A stretch of DNA of 64,000 nucleotides from Acidobacteriota bacterium. Lineage in GTDB: Bacteria > Acidobacteriota > UBA890 > WLXD01. The stretch is from NCBI GenBank assembly GCA_965205505.1, contig CBDBHB010000009.1, positions 3,008,001 to 3,072,000 of the forward strand, written 5' to 3'. The translations under genes and the position numbers were made by a program. Every line of letters begins with the position of its first letter. Position 1 is the first letter of the stretch. Shown one piece after another: positions 23,150 through 33,597 of the stretch. The notes beneath the pieces were generated by a model. The model saw only the letters and a program-made list of their open reading frames with translations. It was not told the DNA's origin and did not search any database.

Positions 23150-23191
23150 AAAGGTCACCGCGCCGGAATACGCATTGCGGAGGAACTGATT

Positions 23192-24793
23192 ATGAAGGAT
23201 CAGGTGTTGGCGACGATTCGTGGTATCAGCACTCATAGGAAGCCATATTTGTTTATCTCCCTACTCCTCCTCTCTTCTGCAATAGGCACAGGACCACAAG
23301 TTTCTTCTGCAATGCCCGCAGGAGCACAAGTCAGGCCAAACATTCTCTACATAATGGTCGACAACCAACCCGCCTCGATCGTGGGGGCTTATGGAAACCC
23401 GGATGTCAGGACGCCCAATATCGATCGACTAGCCAACGAAGGAATACGTCTTACGCGTGTTTTCGCCGTGCACGGATATTGTTCTCCAACACGTGCAACA
23501 CTGCTGACCGGGCTTGTACCTTCTCAACACGGCGTTCACGACTGGCTAGATGACGGAAAGATAGAGAATTGGCCCGAAGACTGGAATGCGATTGGAGAGT
23601 ATAGAACATTACCGCATACACTAAAGAATCGAGGATACCAGACATCATTAATCGGCAAATGGCACCTAGGCCAGCCACGTCCGCCGGACGACTGGTTCGA
23701 TTATTGGGTGACGTTCAATTTGGGCCATACCGTCGATTTCTGGTCCAATGAAATCATTGACAACGGCAGAACGTACAGATTAGAGGATAAGCACAGTGTC
23801 GAGTTCTTTGCCGACAAAGCAGTCGCATACCTGGAGAACTATGATCATCAACGGCCCTTCTTCCTGCTGGTTACCTTCAACGGTCCTTATATGCAACCTC
23901 CAACGAACCTCGGTCCCGCCAGGAACCCGCATTATGAATACTACAAGGGCAAAGAGTTTCCTTCGTTTCCCAGAAACAGGATCAACGACAGGATACTCGA
24001 GCAGTTAAGTCCACCCTACTCCGGATGGTACGCCAGCTTGGCTCGCATGCATAACGACCAAGCATCGATGGCTAATGTAGCGTCACAAAATACGATGGTG
24101 GACGATGGTGTCGGCCGTCTATTGACAACACTGAAGGAAAACGGACTCGAAGAAGACACGTTAGTCATCTACACGAGTGATCAGGGAATGTTCTTCGGAC
24201 AACATGGCCTTTGGGGCCATCCCGCTAGCACATTTCCATCGAGCCTGTACGATACGCCGATGAACGTACCGTTCATTGCTCGCTATCCAGGCGCCATCAA
24301 AGAAGAGCAAGTAAGTGATCTGCTCGTTGGGCAATACGACCTCATGCCCACAATACTTGATCTAGCTGGGTTTGGGGATGTGGAAATAGCCAACTCCCCT
24401 GGAAGAAGTTTTGCCGAACATCTGGAAGGGAGAAAGCTCGAGGCATGGGCCGATGCCGTGTATATGGATGAAGGGGCAACTCGTGTAATCAGAACCGATC
24501 GTTATTCATATTGGAAACGGCTGAAAGGTACGGGTGAGCATGAGCTCTACGATATACAAGAGGATCCTGAGCAAATGCACGATCTATACGGGACTCCCGA
24601 CTACGCCGAAGTGGTTTCGGAACTGGATGGAAAGCTCACCACGTTCTTCGACACCTATTCTGATGTCGAGTATGACCTTTGGCGGGGCGGCACCGTGAAG
24701 GGATCGACCGACCACGTTCGAGTTTTCAAGTCTCTTTACGGTGACCAGTGGGAGGAGGAGGCAAGAGTCAAACCAGTCTTTAGAGAACAGTAG
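23192..24793 (+). CDS. Sulfatase, Cys-type, copy 1
   Basis: RPNILYIMVDN, CSPTRATLLTG, GKWHLG, TSDQG; signal-peptide-like leader; GGAGG RBS. Confidence 0.93.
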   Translation: MKDQVLATIRGISTHRKPYLFISLLLLSSAIGTGPQVSSAMPAGAQVRPNILYIMVDNQPASIVGAYGNPDVRTPNIDRLANEGIRLTRVFAVHGYCSPTRATLLTGLVPSQHGVHDWLDDGKIENWPEDWNAIGEYRTLPHTLKNRGYQTSLIGKWHLGQPRPPDDWFDYWVTFNLGHTVDFWSNEIIDNGRTYRLEDKHSVEFFADKAVAYLENYDHQRPFFLLVTFNGPYMQPPTNLGPARNPHYEYYKGKEFPSFPRNRINDRILEQLSPPYSGWYASLARMHNDQASMANVASQNTMVDDGVGRLLTTLKENGLEEDTLVIYTSDQGMFFGQHGLWGHPASTFPSSLYDTPMNVPFIARYPGAIKEEQVSDLLVGQYDLMPTILDLAGFGDVEIANSPGRSFAEHLEGRKLEAWADAVYMDEGATRVIRTDRYSYWKRLKGTGEHELYDIQEDPEQMHDLYGTPDYAEVVSELDGKLTTFFDTYSDVEYDLWRGGTVKGSTDHVRVFKSLYGDQWEEEARVKPVFREQ

Positions 24794-24836
24794 CATTGTC
24801 CCGTGTAAGCTCGCGGGCTGAGCGATCCATCTATGC

Positions 24837-25240
24837 GGCACTGGCACGTCAACTTCGCCGCCTCGAGATCAGGTCATGCTTGGCATCGAGCTGGCCTTTC
24901 TCAGTCAGCCGCGACCGCGACCCAAGCCGCAAAAGCGCGCCCTCGAAGCGTCCGATAGTCCGCTGCTCGTAATCGGTGCCGACTTAGGTCGAAGAGATTG
25001 CGAACGAGGCCACGCACCGCCAAGAACCGCTGCGCCTGAGCGGCGGATTTGAACAGGGCATGACACTCCTGTGCGCGGCCCCATAGCTTCCGAGCTTGTC
25101 GGTGATCAGCCGTCGAGGTTCGCTCCCCTGCCGTCTTAGCAACTTGCGGAAGAATCGCATGGCGGCGTGGGCGTTTCGTCGACCTTGCCGCCGCCGTAGC
25201 TTCGCCGCGTAGCCGGGTCCGAACTTCGCGCACCAGCACG
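24837..25240 (-). mobile_element. IS6-family transposase remnant with internal deletions
   Basis: AAMRFFRKLL..EPRRLITDKLGSYGAAHR and FKSAAQAQRFL..NLF; end GGCACTGGCACGTCAAC. Confidence 0.75.
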
Positions 25241-25349
25241 GGAACCGATGCCGACGGTAGCTGTGCGGGACGGCGCTTCACGCCGCCACACAGGCTCCAC
25301 AGCCCCTACGACTACGATCTGATCCACTCTCAATCCACCAGGAGTAACC

Positions 25350-25442
25350 TATCCGTCGCTTCGCTCCGATGGCGTGATCACGATCAACCGTAATCAGTGA
25401 TCACGTTCCCGTAATGAGCGATCACGATGACCGAAATACACA
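25350..25442 (+). mobile_element. Isolated IS21-like right end
   Basis: Three tandem ~23 bp GATCACG..CG(T/A)AAT boxes ending CCGAAATACACA, preceded by CGTCGCTTCGCTCCG. Confidence 0.7.
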
Positions 25443-25518
25443 CCCCGACGAGCTGATCGACATCGTCGTCGACGCCACCAGGCGGTCCCGCAAGGTGCGC
25501 ACGAAGCCGAAGCTGCCG

Positions 25519-27339
25519 CTATGGTCTCATCTCCGCGCCACCGTCTAAGCTTCCCCTGATGATCTCGCCTTCCATGATGACCGCTTCGGGTCGAACCTCG
25601 TGGATCTCGTAGCGATCGATTTCGAACAGGTTGCGATCCAACACGACCAGGTCGGCGAGCTTGCCTACCTCGATTGAGCCAAGCTGCTCCTCCATACGCA
25701 GCTGATAGGCACCGTTCCAGGTGTACCCCTTGATCAGATCCTCGAGCGCCAGCCGCTCGGTCAGGGGCGGTCGGATCGGGGCCGCCTCACCTTGTCTCTC
25801 GTGTTGGCGGTTGTGGGCGATCTGCATCCCCAGGTAGGGGCTGGCCCGACTCATTCCCGAATCGCTGGAAAAGGTGACAATGGCACCGTCATCCAGCAGC
25901 GGTTGCGTCAGCAAGGTCCTGCTGTATCGCTCATCACCCAAGGCGTAGGGAACAGGGCCGTCGGTGAAGCCGTGCCATGCCGGCGTATAGCTCGCGATGA
26001 CGCCGAGTTGCCTGAAGCGCGGATAGTCGGCTGTATCGATGATGTCCAGATGGGAGACTGTGACCCGCGTGTAGAGATCGCCGCTGAGCAATTCCCGGGC
26101 CGCCTCCACTGCGTCGAGCGCGATTCGGACGGCCCGATCTCCGACGGTATGTAAGTGCAGGTCGATCTCGGCCTCGTGTAAACGAAGAAGGAAATCGCGC
26201 AACTCGTCGGTGCTCAACAGCGTATTGCCGCGGTTTCCCGGATCGTCACTGAACGATTGGAGCACGGCGCCCGTACGGTTCTCGTTGGAACCATCGAAGT
26301 GAATCTTTATGGTGTTGAAGCGCAGCCGGTCACCACCGTAGCTGTCGCGCAAGCGCAGTAGCTCTTCGACCGCCACGTCCTCCTGACCGGGAAGGAAAAT
26401 GTGATAGGTGCCTTCATAGCGGACCGGCAACTTCCCTGCCCTGTCAAGCTCGGCGAGGAATGAATAGACAGCGTCGTTGTAGTAGGCATTGCCCCCATCG
26501 TAGAGCGAGGTGACGCCGTAGCTCGCAAGGTAATCCAGAAAGGCGACGATACCCTCTTGGTTGGCCTCTTCGTCTACCTCAAAGAACTTCTCTCGATAGG
26601 GACGAAAAGCACTCTCCTTGATCCAGCCAGTAAGCTCACCAGCGGCGTCGCGTGCATAGAGCGCGAGGCCAGGCACAGGGTCGGGGGTGTCGCGGTTAAC
26701 ACCCATCAGTTCAAGCACCTTCGAGTTGACCCAAATACTGTGGCCAATATTGCTGCCCAACCAAACCGGCCGATCCGGCACGATCGCATCCAGATCTCTC
26801 TTGTGAGGCCCTTCCTTGCCGTTGCCGTATAGGTGCACTGGCCAGCAACACATCACGATCCAGGGCAGATCCGGGTTCGCCTCTGAATACGCCTTCACGG
26901 CAGCGAGTATTTCTGTCTTGTTGGTTCTCGGCAGGCTTCCCGAAGGCCCGCTGAAGCGGCCCGTGCCCCCGGGATGGGTATGGGCATCCACCAGCCCAGG
27001 AATAACCAGTTTCCCTTGCAGATCGTGACCGACAGTTTCGCGGCCAACGAACCCCTGTACGCCCGCATCATCCCCCACATAGACGAGTTTTCCGCCTTTG
27101 ATCGCAACGGCCTCGGCCCAGGGTTGGTCGTCGTTCACCGTAAAGATCTTGGCCCCGTGCAAGACGCGGTCAGCAGGACCGCTGATACCGCCAGCCCCCG
27201 GCTGCGATGAAGGCTGACAGGCCAGCACGCTGAGGCTGGTCAACATGACACCCAGCACTCGCGACCACGTCATTACGAGCGGATGATGCTGCCCCTTCGT
27301 CCGCTTCAGCCCGGCGTCGGTGCGTTCGTTATTGCTCAT
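25519..27339 (-). CDS. Amidohydrolase-3 (YtcJ-like), probable lipoprotein
   Basis: WAEAVAIK, PGLVDAHTH, HTVGDRA, GSIEVGKLADLVVLD; lipobox VLAC; GGAGG before 27339. Confidence 0.9.
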   Translation of the reverse strand: MSNNERTDAGLKRTKGQHHPLVMTWSRVLGVMLTSLSVLACQPSSQPGAGGISGPADRVLHGAKIFTVNDDQPWAEAVAIKGGKLVYVGDDAGVQGFVGRETVGHDLQGKLVIPGLVDAHTHPGGTGRFSGPSGSLPRTNKTEILAAVKAYSEANPDLPWIVMCCWPVHLYGNGKEGPHKRDLDAIVPDRPVWLGSNIGHSIWVNSKVLELMGVNRDTPDPVPGLALYARDAAGELTGWIKESAFRPYREKFFEVDEEANQEGIVAFLDYLASYGVTSLYDGGNAYYNDAVYSFLAELDRAGKLPVRYEGTYHIFLPGQEDVAVEELLRLRDSYGGDRLRFNTIKIHFDGSNENRTGAVLQSFSDDPGNRGNTLLSTDELRDFLLRLHEAEIDLHLHTVGDRAVRIALDAVEAARELLSGDLYTRVTVSHLDIIDTADYPRFRQLGVIASYTPAWHGFTDGPVPYALGDERYSRTLLTQPLLDDGAIVTFSSDSGMSRASPYLGMQIAHNRQHERQGEAAPIRPPLTERLALEDLIKGYTWNGAYQLRMEEQLGSIEVGKLADLVVLDRNLFEIDRYEIHEVRPEAVIMEGEIIRGSLDGGAEMRP

Positions 27340-27416
27340 CACGTCCTCCAAGCTCTCTCCGCCGCCGGTGGCGTCGTCATGGCGTGCTACAACTCGATGG
27401 TCCCCCAACCACCCGG

Positions 27417-27690
27417 TTCGAGACCCTTCGAGCGCAACATCCGGCACCAGATGGGTCGGGCGCTTTCGGATGCCGGCTTCGATCCGGCCAGCGATATCCG
27501 GGCGATCACCGTCAACCGCTGGCCACACGGTTACGCTGGCGCCGGCAACGACCTCTACGATCCGGGACTGGCCGTACGATCAGGCACCCTGGGTCCGGGG
27601 CTGCAAGCGCTTCGGGCGTATCACGACCGCCAACTCCGACGCGGCTGCCGTCTGTCTCACCCAGGCCGCCTTCGACCAGGGGCACCGGGT
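27417..27690 (+). pseudogene. Second spermidine dehydrogenase-like C-terminal fragment
   Basis: FERNIRHQM..GFDPASDIRAITVNRWPHGYA ... FGRITTANSDA..QAAFDQGHR. Confidence 0.75.
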
Positions 27691-27728
27691 TTTAGAGGTG
27701 GTTACGGCGCCGCTCGCGTGTATTCCGA

Positions 27729-30611
27729 TCAGAAGGAGAGTCGTACCCCGAACCGAAACTGCCGCCCGGGCAGCAGTGAGGTTGATCGCCCGGGCGACCC
27801 GACCGCGGAGCCCCCGGCAACGACGAACGTTCGGTCGATTCGCCCTTCAACGCCGGTCGGGGAGAAGTCGTTGAGCATGTTGAATCCGTCGACCATCACC
27901 TCTAGCCGGCCATTATTACTCCCCATATTAAAGGACTTCGACAACCGCAGATCGAGCTGCTTATGCGAGTCCCACGTCCTGCTGCGGACCGGCTCGATGG
28001 CCGTAGTGCTGTAGTTGGCGGTGAGCAACTGGGGAATCCCCCTGCGTCCGTGCCTGATCGTGAGGTTCCATGGCCGACCCGACGCCAGGTTCCAGTACAT
28101 ACCCGCGAGGATGCCTCCAGGCAGCCTGTAGTTGCCCAGCACCTTCCAGCTCCACTTCCTGCTGAAGCCCAACGGACCAGACTCGGCGAACGGGTGGCCC
28201 CTGAAGTTCGGGTTGTTTGCTGCGTCGAAGCCCCCACCCCAGACGCTGTCGCCGTCGCGATTATTAAACGTTCCCTTGTGGTTCTGGTAGGCGAGCGAGG
28301 TGCTGAAGTTGAGGCCGGAACCCGTTCGCCGTCGGTCCAGCGTCAGCATCACGATGTCGTGCTGCCGCTTATAGAAGTCGTCGTTGCTGCGGATGGGGGC
28401 CCACTCGCCGCTCTCCCTCGAATAGAGCGTTTGTGTCAACCCGGGCACCACGGTTCCGTCCGCTAACGTCGCGTCGGGGGCGGTGAATTCGAAGGGCGTG
28501 TACACATGCTCGATGGTGTTCCTGTGTCGGAACATGTTGCGGTCATCTTTGCGGATGTAGTCGACCCCCGCGACCCAGTTTCTGGCGAATTCATACTCGA
28601 ATCCGACGTTCCAGACATCCGTGTGCAGCGACTGCAAGTTTGGGTCGAGCGGAAATATAGCGGCGCTGACACTAGTCTGGTTTTCGGGTCGGAAAACAGC
28701 GTCTTGCAGCGCGAACAACTGCGCGTCGGTCGGATTGAGCGGGTCGTAGTCGGCAGGGAAAAACCCGTCAGGTATCACGAAGAAGTACGACGAGTAGGGT
28801 TGGTATGGGTCCGAGTACCCGGTGCCGCTAGCGCCAGAGATGAAGCCGACGGTCATCTTTTCGAAGTAGCGCCCCCAGCTGCTATGCACAACGGCACGGC
28901 CATCACCGCTCAGATCGAAGGTTGCACCAAGGCGTGGCGCCAAGTTCCTGAACGTTACCGCCGGACCCTTCCCGGTTGACTTCCCACCGAGTCTTTCGTA
29001 ACCGTTCGTGTGGTCATAGCGCAGCCCGAGGTTGAGGGTGAGGTTGTCGCTAGGGGTAACGACATCCTGAATAAAGGCTGACATGGGTTGGAGTTGGCCC
29101 TCGAGGCCAAAGTCGTAGACAGACCCGTATACGTACGAGCCATAGGTAAACAGACCCCCGAGGCCGGTATAACTAGCAAGCCAGCTGGCCCAGCTGTCCT
29201 TGTAGCCGAGGCCGACCTTGACGTCATGCGCGGCGCCCAGGAAGTCGTCGACGTACTGGGTCACCGTTGCCGAGACCTCTTTGCGGGCGTTGTCCTCGTC
29301 CTCCAGGAAGCCCCGGGTGATCCTCCTCGACCCGTTGTACCAGTAATCGGGTAGCTCGCAGCACACGAACGGGAGGCGCAAGTAGTCCGCCCTATTGGCT
29401 GCGAGGCGGAGATCGGTGAAGGTGTTGTCGCCCAGTTGGGATTGCCAGCTGAACAACAAGGTCGTGCTGCCGTAGCTACTATCCATGCCGATGTCGACCG
29501 GCGAACCTGGTCGCAGGTCCTTATTGGACTCTCTGCCCGGATCATAGTTGATCATGAAACCGAGCGTGTTGGAGTCGTTGAGCAAGAAATCCAGCCTGCC
29601 GTGCAGTGTCCACCTATCGTTACCCTGCTGGGCATCTTCGACGGAGATTCCACCGTCCACCCAGATCTGGTCGGCGACAACCGACTTGAGCGTTTCTTGA
29701 CGGGCGGCGCTGGCAAAGAAGAGCGCCTTGTTGCGCACAATCGGGCCACCGATAGTGACGGAAAGGTCGCGGTCGTAGGAGAACTTTCCGCGCTGCAGAT
29801 CCACGATGCCGCGCGAGTTGTCGGCTCTCAAATCGCCGTTCTGGAAGTAGAAAGCGCCGGTGCCATGAAACTCGTTGGTGCCCCCCTTGGTCACAATATT
29901 GATCATCGCTCCGGTGAACTCGCTGTACTCGACGCTGGCGCCGATACCGACAATCTGGATCTCGGCGATCGTATCCACGTTCGGGTTGACCCAGGCGGCA
30001 CCCCATTCGTTTTCGGTGATGTCAACGCCGTTGAGCCGGTAGCCGTTGGTTGCCGCACCCACCCGATGCACGCTGGTGCCCTCGGCGTGGTTGCCGCCGG
30101 CGCCATAGGCTCCCTTGTCGGCGAAACCAGGGGCGAAGTTCGTCATCTCGGTGAAGTCACGCGCCACCGGAACGTTTTCCAGCAGAACCGCCGTGTAATT
30201 CGTCGCGAGCGATGCCGACGCCACGTCGATCAACGGCGTCTCGGAGATCACAGTGACGGTCTCTGCGACCCCCGCCAGCTGCAGCTCCGCGATCACGGCT
30301 GAGGTTGCGCCGACGCTCACCGGGACGTTGTAGGCCATCGTCTGAAACCCGGTGAGTGCGACCGTCACGATGTAGCTTCCCGGCCTGAGATTACGAAACC
30401 GGAAAACCCCCGCGACGTCGCTTACCTGCGAGAGAGATTCCTGGATGAGGTTGTCTCCCTCGATGGTGGCGGTGGCGCCGGGCAGCCCCGCACCATCCAC
30501 GTCCCGAACCTCCCCGGCGATAATTCCGGTCGTCCGCGCGCCCTGCGCCATCAGCTGCGCGGGGAGTATCAGCACCATAGCAAGGGTCATGACGGCGAGC
30601 GTAGCGCGCAT
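27729..30611 (-). CDS. TonB-dependent receptor, Oar-like, with carboxypeptidase-regulatory-like N-domain
   Basis: Signal peptide, LPGATATI, INIVTKGGTNEFHG, LTLNLGLRYD, APRLGATFD, terminal RQFRFGVRLSF. Confidence 0.93.
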   Translation of the reverse strand: MRATLAVMTLAMVLILPAQLMAQGARTTGIIAGEVRDVDGAGLPGATATIEGDNLIQESLSQVSDVAGVFRFRNLRPGSYIVTVALTGFQTMAYNVPVSVGATSAVIAELQLAGVAETVTVISETPLIDVASASLATNYTAVLLENVPVARDFTEMTNFAPGFADKGAYGAGGNHAEGTSVHRVGAATNGYRLNGVDITENEWGAAWVNPNVDTIAEIQIVGIGASVEYSEFTGAMINIVTKGGTNEFHGTGAFYFQNGDLRADNSRGIVDLQRGKFSYDRDLSVTIGGPIVRNKALFFASAARQETLKSVVADQIWVDGGISVEDAQQGNDRWTLHGRLDFLLNDSNTLGFMINYDPGRESNKDLRPGSPVDIGMDSSYGSTTLLFSWQSQLGDNTFTDLRLAANRADYLRLPFVCCELPDYWYNGSRRITRGFLEDEDNARKEVSATVTQYVDDFLGAAHDVKVGLGYKDSWASWLASYTGLGGLFTYGSYVYGSVYDFGLEGQLQPMSAFIQDVVTPSDNLTLNLGLRYDHTNGYERLGGKSTGKGPAVTFRNLAPRLGATFDLSGDGRAVVHSSWGRYFEKMTVGFISGASGTGYSDPYQPYSSYFFVIPDGFFPADYDPLNPTDAQLFALQDAVFRPENQTSVSAAIFPLDPNLQSLHTDVWNVGFEYEFARNWVAGVDYIRKDDRNMFRHRNTIEHVYTPFEFTAPDATLADGTVVPGLTQTLYSRESGEWAPIRSNDDFYKRQHDIVMLTLDRRRTGSGLNFSTSLAYQNHKGTFNNRDGDSVWGGGFDAANNPNFRGHPFAESGPLGFSRKWSWKVLGNYRLPGGILAGMYWNLASGRPWNLTIRHGRRGIPQLLTANYSTTAIEPVRSRTWDSHKQLDLRLSKSFNMGSNNGRLEVMVDGFNMLNDFSPTGVEGRIDRTFVVAGGSAVGSPGRSTSLLPGRQFRFGVRLSF

Positions 30612-30962
30612 TACACCTCTTTCTCCTGGGCAACGCCCGCGCCGTGGGCAACGCCGTCACCCGATGTCAAACTAGTTGATGCTTCGAAGGGGGTACTAGC
30701 ACCGCACCGAGGCCGCTGTCAACTGACTCGGCCAAGCTTCCACCAAATATGTGAAGCATCCCGCGAGCAGCGAGGGAACCAACCACCACGGGTAGTCGTA
30801 GAAACCGCGAGTCACCGATTCGCAACTCATTACTCACTGCACTGTGATTTCTCAGTCAGCTGGCTTCTTAGCACCGCATCGCCCCCGGCGCCGACGAAGC
30901 CGACCCGCAGAGGCTCCAGCCCGAAGGCTACGGGGCCGCCTCACCGAGCGCGAAGGCCACCG

Positions 30963-31197
30963 TATTTCGGCGGCGACAAGGCGTTCACTCGTTACTCGCC
31001 GCTGGCCCAGATCGATCGCCACAACATCGCCGACCTGCGGGTCGCCTGGCGCCGCCCGGCGGTGGACCAGGCGTTCGAAGACGCCTACCCGGAGGTGCGG
31101 ATTCCGGGCTACTTCCGGTCGACCCCGATCATGCTCGACGGCCTGCTGTTGGCGCCGAACGGGGTCGGCCTGCTGCGCGCCCTGGACCCTGGAACTG
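30963..31197 (+). pseudogene. PQQ-dependent dehydrogenase N-terminal fragment
   Basis: YFGGDKAFTRYSPLAQIDRHNIADLRVAWR ... STPIMLDG..RALDPGT. Confidence 0.75.
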
Positions 31198-31515
31198 TCG
31201 CCCGGCGCCCGGTCATCCGGCGCGCCCGAAACCTAGCACCCCGCCCCCCAACCATCACCAGGAGCACACCGCCACCGACCACTCGTCGCATCAGATGCGT
31301 CACCGAACTCCTCCAGTCAGGCGTCGAGCGAAGCAGCTGGTTCCCCGTCTATCTTTCCGGCTCGGGTTCCTTGGCTCTGAGAACACCCGGAAACTAATCC
31401 GGGATTTCCCAGATAACCCTTGTCGAGTCACGTTCCTGGCTTTGGTCAGTATCGGGACGCCTGGATTCAACCACCGATCGTTGCGCTCCTCAGACGGATC
31501 GCTTAGCCCGCGAGC

Positions 31516-33132
31516 TTACTGGACAACGCCATTGTTCTCTCTAAAGGCTGGTTTGACTTTTGCCTGCTCCTCCCACTGCTCACCGTAAAGAGACTTGAAA
31601 ACTCGAACGTAGTCTGTGGATCCCTTTACGGTGCCGCCCCGCCAAAGATCATACTCAACATCAGAATAGGTGTCGAAGAACGTGGTGAGCTTTCCATCCA
31701 GTTCCGAAACCACCTCGGCGTAGCCGGGAGTCCCGTATAGATCGTGCATTTGCTCCGGATCCTCTTGTACATCGTAGAGCTCATGCTCACCCGTACCTTT
31801 GAGCCGTTTCCAATATGAATAACGATCGGTTCTGATTGTACGAGTTGCCTCTTCATCCATATACACGGCATCGGGCCATGCCTCGAGCGTCCTCCCTTCC
31901 AGGTGTTCCGCAAAGCTCCTTCCAGGGGAGTTCGCTATTTCCACATCCCCAAACCCAGCCAGATCAAGTATTGTGGGCATGAGGTCGTATTGCCCAACGA
32001 GCAGATCACTTACTTGCTCTTCTTTGATGGCGCCTGGATAGCGAACAATGAACGGTACGTTCATCGGCGTATCGTAGAGGCTCGCTGGAAATGTGCTATC
32101 GGGATGGCCCCAAAGGCCATGTTGTCCGAAGAAGGTTCCCTGATCACTCGTGTAGATGACTAACGTGTCTTCTTCGAGTCCGGCTTCCTTCAGTGCTGTC
32201 AATAGACGGCCGACACCATCGTCCACCATCGTATTCTCTGACGCTATATTAGCCATCGATGCTTGGTCGTTGTGCATGCGAGCCAAGCTGGCGTACCACC
32301 CGGTGTAGGGCGGCCTTAACTGCTCGAGTATCCTGTCGCTGATCCTGGTTCTGGGAAACGAAGGAAACTCTTGGTCCTTATAGTATTCATAATGCGGGTT
32401 CTTGGCGGGACCGAGGTTCGGTGGAGGTTGCATATAAGGACCGTTGAAGGTAACTAGCAGGAAGAAGGGCCGTTGATGATCATAGTCCTCCAAGTATGCG
32501 ACTGCTTTGTCGGTAAAGAACTCGACACTGTGCTTATCCTCTACTTTGTACGTTCTGCTGTTGTCATTGATATCAGTGGACCAGAAATCGGGGGTGAGGC
32601 CACCATCGAACGTCACCCAATAATCGAACCAGCCGTCCGGCGGGCGTGTGTGACCTAGGTGCCACTTGCCGATTAATGATGTCTGATATCCTCGAGTCCT
32701 TAGTGTGTACGGTAACGTTCTATACTCTCTGATCGCATTCCAATCTTCGGGCCAATTCTCTATCTTTCTGTTATCTAGCCAGGAATGAACGCCATGTTGA
32801 GAAGGCATGAGTCCGGTCAGCATTGTTGCACGTGTTGCAGAACACATACCGTGGACGGCGAAAACACGCGTAAGACGTATTCCTTCGTTGGCTAGTCGAT
32901 CGATATTGGGCGTCCTGACATCCGGGTTTCCATAAGCCCCCACGATCGAGGCGGGTTGGTTGTCGACCACTATGTAGAGAATATTTGGCCTAACTTGCGC
33001 TCCTGCGGGCAGTGCAGAAGAAACTTGTGGTCGTGCGGGTATTACAGAAAAGAGGAGGAGTAAGGAGATAAACAAATATGGCTTCCGATGAGTGCTGATA
33101 CCACGAATCGTTGCCAACACGTGATCCTGCAT
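31516..33132 (-). CDS. Sulfatase, copy 2, with variant CxAxR motif
   Basis: CSATRATMLTG, GKWHLG, TSDQG; close paralog of 23192-24793. Confidence 0.93.
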   Translation of the reverse strand: MQDHVLATIRGISTHRKPYLFISLLLLFSVIPARPQVSSALPAGAQVRPNILYIVVDNQPASIVGAYGNPDVRTPNIDRLANEGIRLTRVFAVHGMCSATRATMLTGLMPSQHGVHSWLDNRKIENWPEDWNAIREYRTLPYTLRTRGYQTSLIGKWHLGHTRPPDGWFDYWVTFDGGLTPDFWSTDINDNSRTYKVEDKHSVEFFTDKAVAYLEDYDHQRPFFLLVTFNGPYMQPPPNLGPAKNPHYEYYKDQEFPSFPRTRISDRILEQLRPPYTGWYASLARMHNDQASMANIASENTMVDDGVGRLLTALKEAGLEEDTLVIYTSDQGTFFGQHGLWGHPDSTFPASLYDTPMNVPFIVRYPGAIKEEQVSDLLVGQYDLMPTILDLAGFGDVEIANSPGRSFAEHLEGRTLEAWPDAVYMDEEATRTIRTDRYSYWKRLKGTGEHELYDVQEDPEQMHDLYGTPGYAEVVSELDGKLTTFFDTYSDVEYDLWRGGTVKGSTDYVRVFKSLYGEQWEEQAKVKPAFRENNGVVQ

Positions 33133-33174
33133 AATCAGTTCCTCCGCAATGTGTATTCCGGCGCGGTGACCTTT

Positions 33175-33344
33175 AGCAGGCCGTGGTGGAAGTGTGGTGG
33201 CCCGTAGAGGTTGTGCCGCGAAGGGGACATAGGCGGCGTTGCCGCTCCTGAACGATGCGCCAAGGCATCGCCGGCGGCGCGGCACCTTGCATCTGCGCCC
33301 TTGGCGTCGCAACCAGACCCATCACACTTTCAACACGGCCTGTT
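33175..33344. mobile_element. MITE-like element, copy B
   Basis: Same TIRs as copy A; lies inside the duplicated block. Confidence 0.7.
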
Positions 33345-33597
33345 GGTCCCAATCAACGATACTCGATCAGTAGCGTATGAGCGGCCGTTCCGCCTGGCTT
33401 GCCCGAGGACTTGTACTTGTACCACTTCCTATCTCATATGCGCTACTGATGAGGTGTACCCCAACTTTGGTCCGTCGAAAACGAGAAAGACTCGGGTTTG
33501 GGAACATCAGGTAACTGCACCCTCCTGCAGCAGTTGGACTTAGACGGTAGGTTGCAGGCCTCGGGAGTCCGCTCTTCACGTTGTCCTAGCTGGATCT

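Larger units (their letters stand above)
22885..24833 (+). repeat. ~1.95 kb inverted repeat, copy 1 (upstream region, MITE, sulfatase, 3' flank)
   Basis: Reverse-complement match to 31492-33445, including AGGCGGAACGGCCGCTCATACGCTACTGATCGAGTATCG upstream and GTAAGCTCGCGGGCT downstream. Confidence 0.95.
31492..33445 (-). repeat. ~1.95 kb inverted repeat, copy 2
   Basis: Reverse complement of 22885-24833 with scattered substitutions. Confidence 0.95.

Noticed and set aside
23012-23191. N-terminal extensions of both sulfatase ORFs (also 33133-33312)
   Set aside because: They are translations of the MITE; a GGAGG RBS marks the later ATG.
25370-25442. Tandem ~23 bp repeats as a mini-CRISPR
   Set aside because: No unique spacers and no cas genes; the layout fits IS21 terminal repeats.
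27340-27528. N-terminal extension of the amidohydrolase ORF
   Set aside because: It overlaps the antisense SpdH fragment; RBS and lipobox support a start at or after 27339.
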